A stretch of DNA of 36,331 nucleotides from Bacilli bacterium (lineage in GTDB: Bacteria > Bacillota_I > Bacilli_A > ML615J-28 > CAG-698), in contig JBAYFA010000001.1 in the NCBI GenBank assembly GCA_041667425.1, positions 1 through 36,331 on the forward strand, given 5' to 3'. Shown here piece by piece: positions 1 to 8,947 of this stretch. A program made the position numbers and the translations under genes. Each line of letters opens with the position of its first letter. Positions within the stretch are counted from its first letter, which is position 1. The notes under the pieces are model-generated. The model was not told where the DNA came from, searched no databases, and was given only the letters and a program-made list of their open reading frames with translations.

Positions 1-1
1 T

Positions 2-361
2 AATAATGAAAAGAAAGTTGCTCAAAAACTTAACTTTCTTATGGAAGATGATAAACGTTCGATTAATTTTGTGGCTCGAGCATATTTGAATACGGCCATG
101 CCCAAATATTTCATGACGTTTCGTAAAATTATTAAACGGGTTGTAGCTGAAATGATACCTTACCAATGTCCTACCTTGGTGTTGTGGGGAGAACTTGATC
201 AATTGGTTCCTCGAAAAGCCATTGAGGAAGTATATGAATTTTGTGTAAGTACTCAGAGGAAGAAAATTATATATGATGACATTACCCACTTGATGCTACT
301 TTCTACTAGTAATCAAAAAATCATTAATGACATTATTATCTATTTAGAGGAAAGAGATTGA
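2..361 (+). CDS. alpha/beta-fold hydrolase, C-terminal fragment (5' end outside window)
   Basis: The frame is open from the window edge, with no stop between nt 2 and the first ATG at 41. LVLWGELDQLVP and DDITHLM resemble the Asp- and His-bearing C-terminal strands of alpha/beta hydrolases. Stop at 359-361. Confidence 0.6.
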   Translation, partial: NNEKKVAQKLNFLMEDDKRSINFVARAYLNTAMPKYFMTFRKIIKRVVAEMIPYQCPTLVLWGELDQLVPRKAIEEVYEFCVSTQRKKIIYDDITHLMLLSTSNQKIINDIIIYLEERD

Positions 362-363
362 TT

Positions 364-2079
364 ATGATTAGAAAATTTGCTCGTTATTATCGCCCTCATT
401 GGAAGTTGTTTACATTAGATTTATTTTGTGCACTTATTATTGCTGGGATTGACTTAGTGTTTCCGCAAGTGACACAAAAAATTTTAAATGACTTCATTGG
501 TCAGACTGAAACCGTCTTACTAATTGGGGGCTTTTTAGTTTTCTTATTTGGCATAAAATTTTTTCTGGGGTATGTTATAGGTTATTATGGACATATTATG
601 GGAATTCGTCTTGAAAGTGACATGAGAAAAGATTTGTATAAAAAATTTCAAACGTTAGATTATCAATATTATGATGATAAGAAAACCGGAGAACTGATGA
701 CTCATTTAACGACCTATCTTCACGATGTGTCAGAAATGAGTCATCATGTTCCTGAAGATATTTTTATATCAATCGTTATGTTTATTGGAAGTTTCTTTAT
801 TTTATTTAACACCAGTCGGTTATTAACAGTTATCGTTTTTATCTTTGTTTCTTTTGTCATTATATATTCTTTATCTCGACGGAATAAAATGTTAAATGGG
901 TTTCGCTTAGCCAGAACCGCACAAGGAGAACTGAATAGTATTACAGAAAGTAGTTTAGGGGGGATTCGTCTCACCAAAGCGTTCAATAATGAAAACATAG
1001 AAATTAAAAAATTTGATGTCATTAATGAACAATATAAAGAAGCAAGATCAAATACTTTCCGAGAAATCGGATTATATTCTACTGGAAATGACTTCTTTAT
1101 GAACTTGACTTATGTAGCAGTTTTGGTGTTTGGTAGTTTCTTTGTTGCGACAGGTGATATCACTACCATTGAACTGACTACTTTCTTCTTATATATTCAT
1201 TTTCTTACTCGGCCTATTGCTCGGATTACTAACTCAATGGAACAATTACAAAACGGATTCTCAGGAGTTGAAAAGTTTTATCAAGTAATGGAAACAAATC
1301 CGACAATCTTATCCCCAGAGAATGCGATTCGTCGTGAAGACTTTAAAGGTGATATCGAATTTAGGAATGTGAGTTTTCAATATGAACAAAGTGAAGCGAC
1401 TCATATTTTAAATCATTTCAATTTATCCATTGAAGCAGGAAGAAAAGTGGCACTTGTTGGTGAAACTGGTGTTGGTAAATCGACTATTTCCAAATTGATT
1501 CCCCGATTTTATGATGTCAATGAAGGAGAAATCCTAGTAGATGGTATCAACGTGAAGGATTATAATTTGGATGATCTTCGCAGTGCTATCGGTCATGTTC
1601 AACAAGATGTCGTGATGTTTTATGGAACAATTCGTGAAAATATATTGTATGGAAAAGTAGATGCTACGGATGAAGAAATTGTTATGGCAGCAAAAAAAGC
1701 CCGCATCCATGACTTTATTATGAGTCAAGATGAAGGCTATCATACGATGGTGGGTGAGAGAGGAATTAAGTTATCCGGAGGACAAAAACAACGATTAGCG
1801 ATTGCTCGGTTATTTTTAAAAAATCCTAAAATATTGATTTTGGATGAGGCAACGTCTTCGCTTGATAACATTACTGAAACATATATTCAACAATCTTTAG
1901 AAGAATTGTCTTATGGACGGACAACGATTACGATTGCTCATCGGTTATCGACCGTTAAAAATGCCGATGAAATCATTGTTCTCGGGCAAGAAGGAATTAT
2001 TGAACGAGGAAAACATAACGATTTAATTCATCGTGGTGGATACTACGCGAGATTATATGAAGCAAGTATTACTATTTAA
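364..2079 (+). CDS. ABC transporter, fused permease/ATP-binding exporter (MsbA/MDR type)
   Basis: The N-terminal ~300 aa contain multiple hydrophobic helices. The C-terminal NBD has Walker A GETGVGKST, signature LSGGQKQR, Walker B ILILDEATS and H-loop IAHRLST. ATG 364 is preferred over the TTG at 358 used by the ORF track. Confidence 0.9.
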   Translation: MIRKFARYYRPHWKLFTLDLFCALIIAGIDLVFPQVTQKILNDFIGQTETVLLIGGFLVFLFGIKFFLGYVIGYYGHIMGIRLESDMRKDLYKKFQTLDYQYYDDKKTGELMTHLTTYLHDVSEMSHHVPEDIFISIVMFIGSFFILFNTSRLLTVIVFIFVSFVIIYSLSRRNKMLNGFRLARTAQGELNSITESSLGGIRLTKAFNNENIEIKKFDVINEQYKEARSNTFREIGLYSTGNDFFMNLTYVAVLVFGSFFVATGDITTIELTTFFLYIHFLTRPIARITNSMEQLQNGFSGVEKFYQVMETNPTILSPENAIRREDFKGDIEFRNVSFQYEQSEATHILNHFNLSIEAGRKVALVGETGVGKSTISKLIPRFYDVNEGEILVDGINVKDYNLDDLRSAIGHVQQDVVMFYGTIRENILYGKVDATDEEIVMAAKKARIHDFIMSQDEGYHTMVGERGIKLSGGQKQRLAIARLFLKNPKILILDEATSSLDNITETYIQQSLEELSYGRTTITIAHRLSTVKNADEIIVLGQEGIIERGKHNDLIHRGGYYARLYEASITI

Positions 2080-2670
2080 GAGGATACTATAACGATTATT
2101 TTTAATTAGTCCATCTTTTTCCATAAAAATTAGTTCACGTGATAACGATGGACGTGGAATATTTAAATAAGCTGCCCAAGCTTCTTTGGTGGGAATTTTA
2201 ACCATCAAAGACGCTTGGGTTTTTGCTTGCTCTTGTAAATAAAATAGCACTTTATCTCGGATTGTTTTTTGCAAGAGAACTTTTAATCGAACTTGATGAT
2301 TGATGCTTTTTTCAGCCATTTCTTGTAAGTAAGCTTGCAAAAAAAGTGAATCATCATGCATCATGGTGATTAAATTAGATTTAGAAATATAAGCAATTTT
2401 CGTTTTTTCTAAAGCAACTCCTAATCCAAGGTACATCGAATTTATCGAGAATATTAATGTTTCTCCAAAGATGTCTCCAGAAGTGAGGGTTTGGATGGTG
2501 TAAGGGACTTCCCCGCAGGAAAAGGTTTGTATATGCATTTTTCCTTTGATGATAAGACCCATTGTTTTGCATAATGATCGTTCTGAGAAAATCAATTCTT
2601 GACGCTCATAGGTTTTAAAAATTAATTGGTGAGCATATTGGGTTGTGACTATTTCAAATAAAGAGTTCAT
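2053..2670 (-). CDS. Crp/Fnr family transcriptional regulator
   Basis: N-terminal cNMP-binding-like fold (GDIFGE). C-terminal HTH (IPRPSLSRELIFMEKDGLI). AGGAGG lies 5 nt upstream of the ATG at 2670. The 3' end overlaps the convergent ABC exporter by 27 nt. Confidence 0.8.
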   Translation of the reverse strand: MNSLFEIVTTQYAHQLIFKTYERQELIFSERSLCKTMGLIIKGKMHIQTFSCGEVPYTIQTLTSGDIFGETLIFSINSMYLGLGVALEKTKIAYISKSNLITMMHDDSLFLQAYLQEMAEKSINHQVRLKVLLQKTIRDKVLFYLQEQAKTQASLMVKIPTKEAWAAYLNIPRPSLSRELIFMEKDGLIKNNRYSILLNSNTCFI

Positions 2671-2682
2671 GGGGTCCTCCTA

Positions 2683-2698
2683 TGTAACTTATGTTACC
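2683..2698. promoter_or_regulatory. Palindrome 1, TGTAAC-TTAT-GTTACC, candidate Crp/Fnr-type operator overlapping the regulator's own predicted TSS
   Basis: Perfect GTAAC-N4-GTTAC inverted repeat (GTA-N8-TAC core), read directly from the sequence. It lies 13-28 nt upstream of the minus-strand ATG. Confidence 0.5.
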
Positions 2699-2701
2699 AA
2701 A

Positions 2702-2731
2702 ATTATACCATAATTAAGGGAAAAATAGCAA
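2702..2731 (-). promoter_or_regulatory. Predicted sigma-A promoter of the Crp/Fnr gene
   Basis: On the minus strand: TTGCTA (2731-2726), 18-nt spacer, extended -10 TGgTATAAT (2710-2702). Confidence 0.45.
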
Positions 2732-2777
2732 TCATTATCAGTGCTTGAAGGATTTAAAATAATAAATGATGATGAAG

Positions 2778-2793
2778 TGTAACAAATGTTACG
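2778..2793. promoter_or_regulatory. Palindrome 2, TGTAAC-AAAT-GTTACG, candidate activator site for the ABC importer promoter
   Basis: Second copy of GTAAC-N4-GTTAC. Its centre (2785.5) lies about 42 nt upstream of the TSS predicted from the TATAAT at 2816-2821. No good -35 hexamer is present. Confidence 0.5.
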
Positions 2794-2813
2794 ATAATGA
2801 AGATAGCATATCA

Positions 2814-2821
2814 TGTATAAT
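2814..2821 (+). promoter_or_regulatory. -10 element (TGTATAAT) of the ABC importer operon
   Basis: Consensus TATAAT at 2816-2821, 22 nt upstream of the ATG at 2844. The -35 position reads GATAAT, which is poor. Confidence 0.4.
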
Positions 2822-2843
2822 AGCTATATAAGAGGTAGAAAAA

Positions 2844-3776
2844 ATGAAAAAGTATTTTGTTATATTATTACTCATCGTGTTAGCGGGTGTTAGTGGATGC
2901 AAAAAGGAAGAAGAAGGAGTTTTAACCATCTTATTACCAGATGGTATTCCTGCGATTGCGTTAGGGGGATTATTTAATCATTCTGATTTAGCGTTTAAAA
3001 TTGTATCAGGACCTGATATTTTAACAAGCGAATTAGTTCAAGAAAATTACGATATTATTGTTGCACCCATTACAGCAGGAGCAAAACTATATTTAAGTGA
3101 GGCCACTAGTTATCATTTTGCTGCTGTTTTAACGACCGGGAATTCCTATATTGTGAGTCAAAAGGCGACCCCTCTTGTTAATTTAAAAGATCTTGAAGGA
3201 AAACAAGTTGCAGCATATGGGGAAGCAAACACCCCTGATATTATTCTAAAAGCAGCGCTTGCTCATGAAGAAGTAACATCAGACGTGGTGTACGAGACCA
3301 GTGTTAATGAGGTAGTCTCAAATCGTTTTATTGGGTTCAACACGGTTGATTATATTTTATGTGCTGAACCTGTGTTAAGTAAATTGGAATTACAAATGGG
3401 ATTAGAAATCAATATTATTGATTTACAATCTATATTAAGTGATCAAATTTCTCTTATTCCCCAGGCAGGAATATTTATTCATACCATGAGGCCAGAGGTG
3501 GTTCAATTTTTAGATGATGTGGAAGAAAATATCGATTTTCTCAACCAAAATACTACGGAATATGTCGCACAACTATTAAAGTTAGATGCGACTGTTTATC
3601 CAACTTTTCAAGCATTGGGTGAAGAGACCTTGATTCACAGCATTCCTCGTAGTCAAATCTATTATGAGAGAAGCATAACCTGTCAAACAGAGCTGAATCA
3701 ATATTTTGCTATGATAAATCAATACAACGCTCACATCTTAGGGGGTGTTCTTCCGGATGAAAACTTTATTCAATAA
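2844..3776 (+). CDS. ABC transporter substrate-binding lipoprotein (NMT1/SsuA/TauA-like)
   Basis: Signal peptide with lipobox LAGVSGC. The rest reads like a periplasmic-binding-protein fold of the NitT/TauT type (LKDLEGKQVAAYG..., VDYILCAEPV). GAGG RBS upstream. Confidence 0.7.
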   Translation: MKKYFVILLLIVLAGVSGCKKEEEGVLTILLPDGIPAIALGGLFNHSDLAFKIVSGPDILTSELVQENYDIIVAPITAGAKLYLSEATSYHFAAVLTTGNSYIVSQKATPLVNLKDLEGKQVAAYGEANTPDIILKAALAHEEVTSDVVYETSVNEVVSNRFIGFNTVDYILCAEPVLSKLELQMGLEINIIDLQSILSDQISLIPQAGIFIHTMRPEVVQFLDDVEENIDFLNQNTTEYVAQLLKLDATVYPTFQALGEETLIHSIPRSQIYYERSITCQTELNQYFAMINQYNAHILGGVLPDENFIQ

Positions 3777-4500
3777 AAAGAATTTTTATTATGTCTTAGG
3801 AATTGCTTTTATTGGCTTGTGTTGGAGTGGCCTGGCGCTTTGGATCCATCAAGATATTATTTTTCCAACGCCGTGGAGGACGTTTCATGATTTAGGGATT
3901 TTGCTTGCGATGAAGCATACGTATGTGGTATTAATGACCACATTATGGCGATTGTTTCTAGCGGTGGGGGTATCGTTTATACTTGCTTTGGTGTTGGGGG
4001 GGGTATCGATTCGGCGGATTCAGTTTGCGTCGTTTATTCGTCCGCAAATAGCCTTACTTAAAACTATTCCGGTCGCCTCAATTATTATTATTTTATTGGT
4101 GCTTATTGGGCATGAATACAGTCCCTTGTTTATTACGGGATTTGTTATTTTTCCGATTTTATATGAGGCCGTTTATCAAGGATTTCAAGCAATTGATAAC
4201 AACGTTCTCGATGATGTTCGGATGTTATCAGGTATCAATATTCAAGTGATACAAGCCATATATTTACCACTGATTACACCGTTTTTATTTACGGGGCTTG
4301 TTCAATCGTTGGGGTTGGGATTAAAAGTTATGATTATGAGTGAATTTATTAGTCAACCGACTTTATCGATTGGCCGCGAAATGTTGTTTTTAAAACAAAA
4401 TTTTGAAATGGGTAAAGTATTTGCTTGGACGTTTTTATTAATTATGATTATCATGGTGTTAGAATGGTTATTATCGCTTTTGAAGCAAAAAATATCATAA
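3757..4500 (+). CDS. ABC transporter permease (NitT/TauT-type binding-protein-dependent inner membrane component)
   Basis: About six hydrophobic helices and an EAA-like loop (DDVRMLSGINIQVIQAIYLPLITPFLFTGL). ATG 3757 with GGGGG at 3741-3745 is preferred to the GTG at 3745. It overlaps the SBP stop, which suggests translational coupling. Confidence 0.8.
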   Translation: MKTLFNKKNFYYVLGIAFIGLCWSGLALWIHQDIIFPTPWRTFHDLGILLAMKHTYVVLMTTLWRLFLAVGVSFILALVLGGVSIRRIQFASFIRPQIALLKTIPVASIIIILLVLIGHEYSPLFITGFVIFPILYEAVYQGFQAIDNNVLDDVRMLSGINIQVIQAIYLPLITPFLFTGLVQSLGLGLKVMIMSEFISQPTLSIGREMLFLKQNFEMGKVFAWTFLLIMIIMVLEWLLSLLKQKIS

Positions 4501-4506
4501 TTGAAA

Positions 4507-4536
4507 AGGATTTTCGATATCGAAAATCCTATTTTT
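4507..4536 (+). terminator. Rho-independent terminator after the permease gene
   Basis: Perfect palindrome AGGATTTTCGAT/ATCGAAAATCCT followed by ATTTTT. Confidence 0.7.
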
Positions 4537-4568
4537 AAGAACCCCGCTTAGACGCAAGTAATCATTGC

Positions 4569-4597
4569 TCGACATTCCCATTTATGTTTGATATAAT
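4569..4597 (+). promoter_or_regulatory. Predicted sigma-A promoter of the XRE gene
   Basis: TCGACA, 17-nt spacer, extended -10 TGaTATAAT. Confidence 0.5.
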
Positions 4598-4620
4598 GGG
4601 ATTACTTAGGAGGTCTTAAT

Positions 4621-5304
4621 ATGTTTAATACGAAAAAGTGGGGGCTTTATATATCTCGCTTGCGAAAAAATGCGGATATGACTCAAAGTGAATTGGCTAA
4701 TAAATTATTAGTGACTCGACAAGCCATTTCAAGTTATGAATTAGGAGATAGTTTTCCCGATGTGAGTATTTTGATTCAAATAGCATCTATTTTTGATCGG
4801 ACGCTAGATGAACTCATCCATGCCGGAGGGGCTTCAGCAGGAGAACACTTGATTTTAAAACAAGTGGCAACTGGAAAAACGACCATGCCTGTGGAAAATG
4901 CAGAAGAATTAATTGCTTTGGCTCCACTATTGAAGCCTTCTACCCTAGCCGCTTTATCTAAAAATTTGGAGGTCAAAGGCATTGAAATTTCTCATATTAT
5001 TGAATTGGCAGAATATTTAAATGATGAAAATGTCTTAGATCTTCTTGAAAAAACCGATTATGAAGTCAGCAATGAATTAATTGAAAAGTTAATCCCCTTG
5101 TTAGAAGATCAATCACACCATCATTTGTTACAAAAAATATTGGATGGAGAAGTGGATTGGCATTTAATTAAGTCGCTTATTCCTTATGCTGATTATATGA
5201 TGGAACTCGTTGAAGCAGCCGTTATTGAAGGAGTTCTTCCATGGGAAGCTTTGGAAGCAAAAAAGGAAGGGGCGATAGCCTTATGGAATAAAAGAACTCA
5301 CTAA
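4621..5304 (+). CDS. XRE-family helix-turn-helix transcriptional regulator with helical C-terminal domain
   Basis: N-terminal HTH_3-type motif (MTQSELANKLLVTRQAISSYELGDSFPDVSILIQIASIF). AGGAGG RBS. The C-terminal ~150 aa are acidic and helical, of unknown family. Confidence 0.75.
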   Translation: MFNTKKWGLYISRLRKNADMTQSELANKLLVTRQAISSYELGDSFPDVSILIQIASIFDRTLDELIHAGGASAGEHLILKQVATGKTTMPVENAEELIALAPLLKPSTLAALSKNLEVKGIEISHIIELAEYLNDENVLDLLEKTDYEVSNELIEKLIPLLEDQSHHHLLQKILDGEVDWHLIKSLIPYADYMMELVEAAVIEGVLPWEALEAKKEGAIALWNKRTH

Positions 5305-5317
5305 ATTAAGTTTAAAA

Positions 5318-5341
5318 ATCCTCTTTGCGAGGATTTTTTTA
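5318..5341 (+). terminator. Rho-independent terminator after the XRE gene
   Basis: ATCCTC-TTTGC-GAGGAT stem-loop followed by a T7 run. Confidence 0.7.
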
Positions 5342-5370
5342 AAGATTTACATATAATATAAAGCAAATGA

Positions 5371-5399
5371 TTGATAAACATCAACTTTTTTGATAAAAT
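5371..5399 (+). promoter_or_regulatory. Predicted sigma-A promoter of the DUF2779-type gene
   Basis: TTGATA, 17-nt spacer, extended -10 TGaTAAAAT. Confidence 0.5.
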
Positions 5400-5420
5400 G
5401 AATTGGTAGAGGTAAAGCAA

Positions 5421-7253
5421 ATGAATATATCAAAAACTCTTTTTAAACAATATACGCGTTGTCCAAGAGTAGCTAGTCTGGATGATTTATACAAGAAGCG
5501 ACTTGCAAGTGGCGCTTCTATTTTTGGCGATGATGATCAAGATGATTTAATAGAACTTTTATATACAATGTTTGATGAAGAGTCGGGTGATGACCTCATT
5601 GAAGTGATTGATAAGCAAATGGAAGCACTGCTCCCATATTACAATAAACTCGAAGAAGAAGCGATGAAAATCGCTGAGAAAACTTTTCATGGTCCGATCC
5701 ATTTTAGTCTTAAAACCAAAGAGCAAAAATTGTTTACTTATCAAAACAATCGTCATCAATATTATTGCTATTTAGATGGCTATTTAGAAAAAGAGAACGA
5801 AATTTACATTTTTGAAGTTAAGGCGACGACGTCTAAAAAATTTAAGGAATTAGGTCCTCGAATTAAAAAGATTCATTATCCATTGTTTACTCGTCAAGGA
5901 GTCAGTTATCAGCTAGCGACTTATCCAGATATGGAGGCCCAACCCTTTAATCGTGCCTATGAAAAACTATATGATAGATACAGTGGGGTTGGTCGTTATG
6001 TTTTTGATATGGCTGTGGAAAAAATGATTGTTGAAGAGGCAAGAAAACAAGCAGGCCTTCCTTTTAAAAAGATTCATTATTATTTAACAGTTCTTAATTC
6101 GTCGTATGTGTTTGACGGAACCTATCAAGAAGAGGAACCCTTCTATCAAAACATTGATGGAGAAGAACTTGTTAATTTTATTGAATTAGATGACATTATT
6201 CAAGCATGGCAAACAAAAATTTATGCAATGAAGCAAACCCTAGAAGACTATTTAGAAACTCTCGATGCGTCAGTTGTGCCTGTTGGTCCATTTTGTGAAC
6301 GCAAAAAAATGAGCAAATGTCCATTTATTCCAACTTGCTGGGAAAAGGTGTTGGTTGATGGATCAATTTTAGAATACATGGGCTCTCATTATGGATTTAA
6401 AGATGAGTTTGGAGAAAAGCATGATATATTAGATCTCATTAATCAAGGACAAGTGATGTTGGATTCTATTCCCAAGCGGTGGCTAGATCGTCCTAATAAT
6501 CTCATTCAACGGACATGTTTTGAAGAAAAAGTGGAATATGTCGATATCGATAAGATTAAAAAGGGATTACAGGTCCTTCAATATCCGTTGTACCATTTGG
6601 ATTTTGAGTCATTCCCTAGTCCCCTCCCCCGGTTTCGAGGGGAAAAGCCATATGCACAATCGGTCTTTCAATATTCTCTTCATATCGAACAGGCTCCTTT
6701 TGAATGTGATAAAGAGCGAGACCATATCGAATATTTAGCCTTAGATTTTAAGGATCGACGTGAGGAACTCATTTGTCAAATGATTCATGATATTGATTTG
6801 AGTCAAGGAGGAACGGTGATTGTTTATAATAAATCTTTTGAACATAGCCGTATTAAAGAATTTGCAGTGATGTTTCCTAAATATCAGCAGGAATTAGAAT
6901 GTATTAATGACCATATGTTTGATTTACTTGATTTAGTAAAAACGCGATCGGAATTATATGAAGATCTTGGATTTTCTGAAGAAGAAAGTAAACGTGTTAA
7001 TTATTATCATAATAATCTTCATGGTTCTTTTTCAATCAAAAAAGTTCTTCCAGTTTTTTCAGATCTTACTTATAAAGGATTGGGCGTTGCCAATGGAACA
7101 GAAGCCATTGCCACTTATGCCAAGTTTAAATATTTATCACCTGAAGATATCGAATGTCTTCGACGTGATTTGAAACAATATTGTCAACAAGATACATGGG
7201 CGATGGTTCTGGTTTTATGGGGGTTAATTCGTCGTATTAATAAGAAAATATAA
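5421..7253 (+). CDS. DUF2779-type protein: Cas4/RecB-like PD-(D/E)xK nuclease domain fused to a DEDD/RNase-H-like exonuclease-like domain
   Basis: N-terminus ISKTLFKQYTRCPR. ExK motif in IYIFEVKATTS. Cys cluster CERKKMSKCPFIPTCW, which with the N-terminal Cys gives a Cas4-like 4-Cys set. C-terminal half has YHLDFESF, VIVYNKSFEHSRI and QQDTWAMV. ATG 5421 with a GAGGT RBS is preferred to TTG 5403. Confidence 0.6.
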   Translation: MNISKTLFKQYTRCPRVASLDDLYKKRLASGASIFGDDDQDDLIELLYTMFDEESGDDLIEVIDKQMEALLPYYNKLEEEAMKIAEKTFHGPIHFSLKTKEQKLFTYQNNRHQYYCYLDGYLEKENEIYIFEVKATTSKKFKELGPRIKKIHYPLFTRQGVSYQLATYPDMEAQPFNRAYEKLYDRYSGVGRYVFDMAVEKMIVEEARKQAGLPFKKIHYYLTVLNSSYVFDGTYQEEEPFYQNIDGEELVNFIELDDIIQAWQTKIYAMKQTLEDYLETLDASVVPVGPFCERKKMSKCPFIPTCWEKVLVDGSILEYMGSHYGFKDEFGEKHDILDLINQGQVMLDSIPKRWLDRPNNLIQRTCFEEKVEYVDIDKIKKGLQVLQYPLYHLDFESFPSPLPRFRGEKPYAQSVFQYSLHIEQAPFECDKERDHIEYLALDFKDRREELICQMIHDIDLSQGGTVIVYNKSFEHSRIKEFAVMFPKYQQELECINDHMFDLLDLVKTRSELYEDLGFSEEESKRVNYYHNNLHGSFSIKKVLPVFSDLTYKGLGVANGTEAIATYAKFKYLSPEDIECLRRDLKQYCQQDTWAMVLVLWGLIRRINKKI

Positions 7254-7304
7254 TCGAGAATATAAGACATTCATTGTTTTTTTGAAAATGAAATCGAATT
7301 CATC

Positions 7305-7333
7305 TTGTTTTATCCATCAAAACATGTTAGAAT
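7305..7333 (+). promoter_or_regulatory. Predicted promoter of the guaBA leader
   Basis: TTGTTT, 17-nt spacer, extended -10 TGtTAGAAT, ending about 8 nt before the riboswitch P1 stem. Confidence 0.45.
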
Positions 7334-7340
7334 GATAAAA

Positions 7341-8940
<1,600 letters not shown>

Positions 8941-8947
8941 GGCTTAT

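Noticed and set aside
2053-2079. A 27-nt overlap of the convergent 3' ends of the ABC exporter and the Crp/Fnr gene, as a possible antisense-regulation device.
   Set aside because: It is real in the sequence and leaves no room for terminators. However, short convergent overlaps are common in compact genomes, and nothing further (no structured element) supports a regulatory role.
6958-7173. Nested + strand ORFs inside the DUF2779 gene (6520-6738 and 6958-7173, the latter with a poly-Ile run), and similar small ORFs inside other large genes (e.g. 744-1022, 11200-11966, 15323-15676).
   Set aside because: They sit in off-frames or antisense frames of longer, motif-supported genes. They lack RBSs and have low-complexity AT-codon-driven composition.
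4621-7253. The XRE regulator plus the DUF2779 nuclease as a two-gene operon (toxin/antitoxin-like or defence cassette).
   Set aside because: A good terminator (5318-5341) and a separate extended -10 promoter (5371-5399) lie between them, so they look like independent transcription units. Regulation of the nuclease by the XRE protein is still possible, but I saw no shared operator repeat.
7254-7304. A weak palindrome ATGAAATCGAATTCAT after the DUF2779 gene, as a terminator.
   Set aside because: It has only about 5 bp of AT-rich pairing with an internal mismatch and no clean T-run, which is not enough to call.
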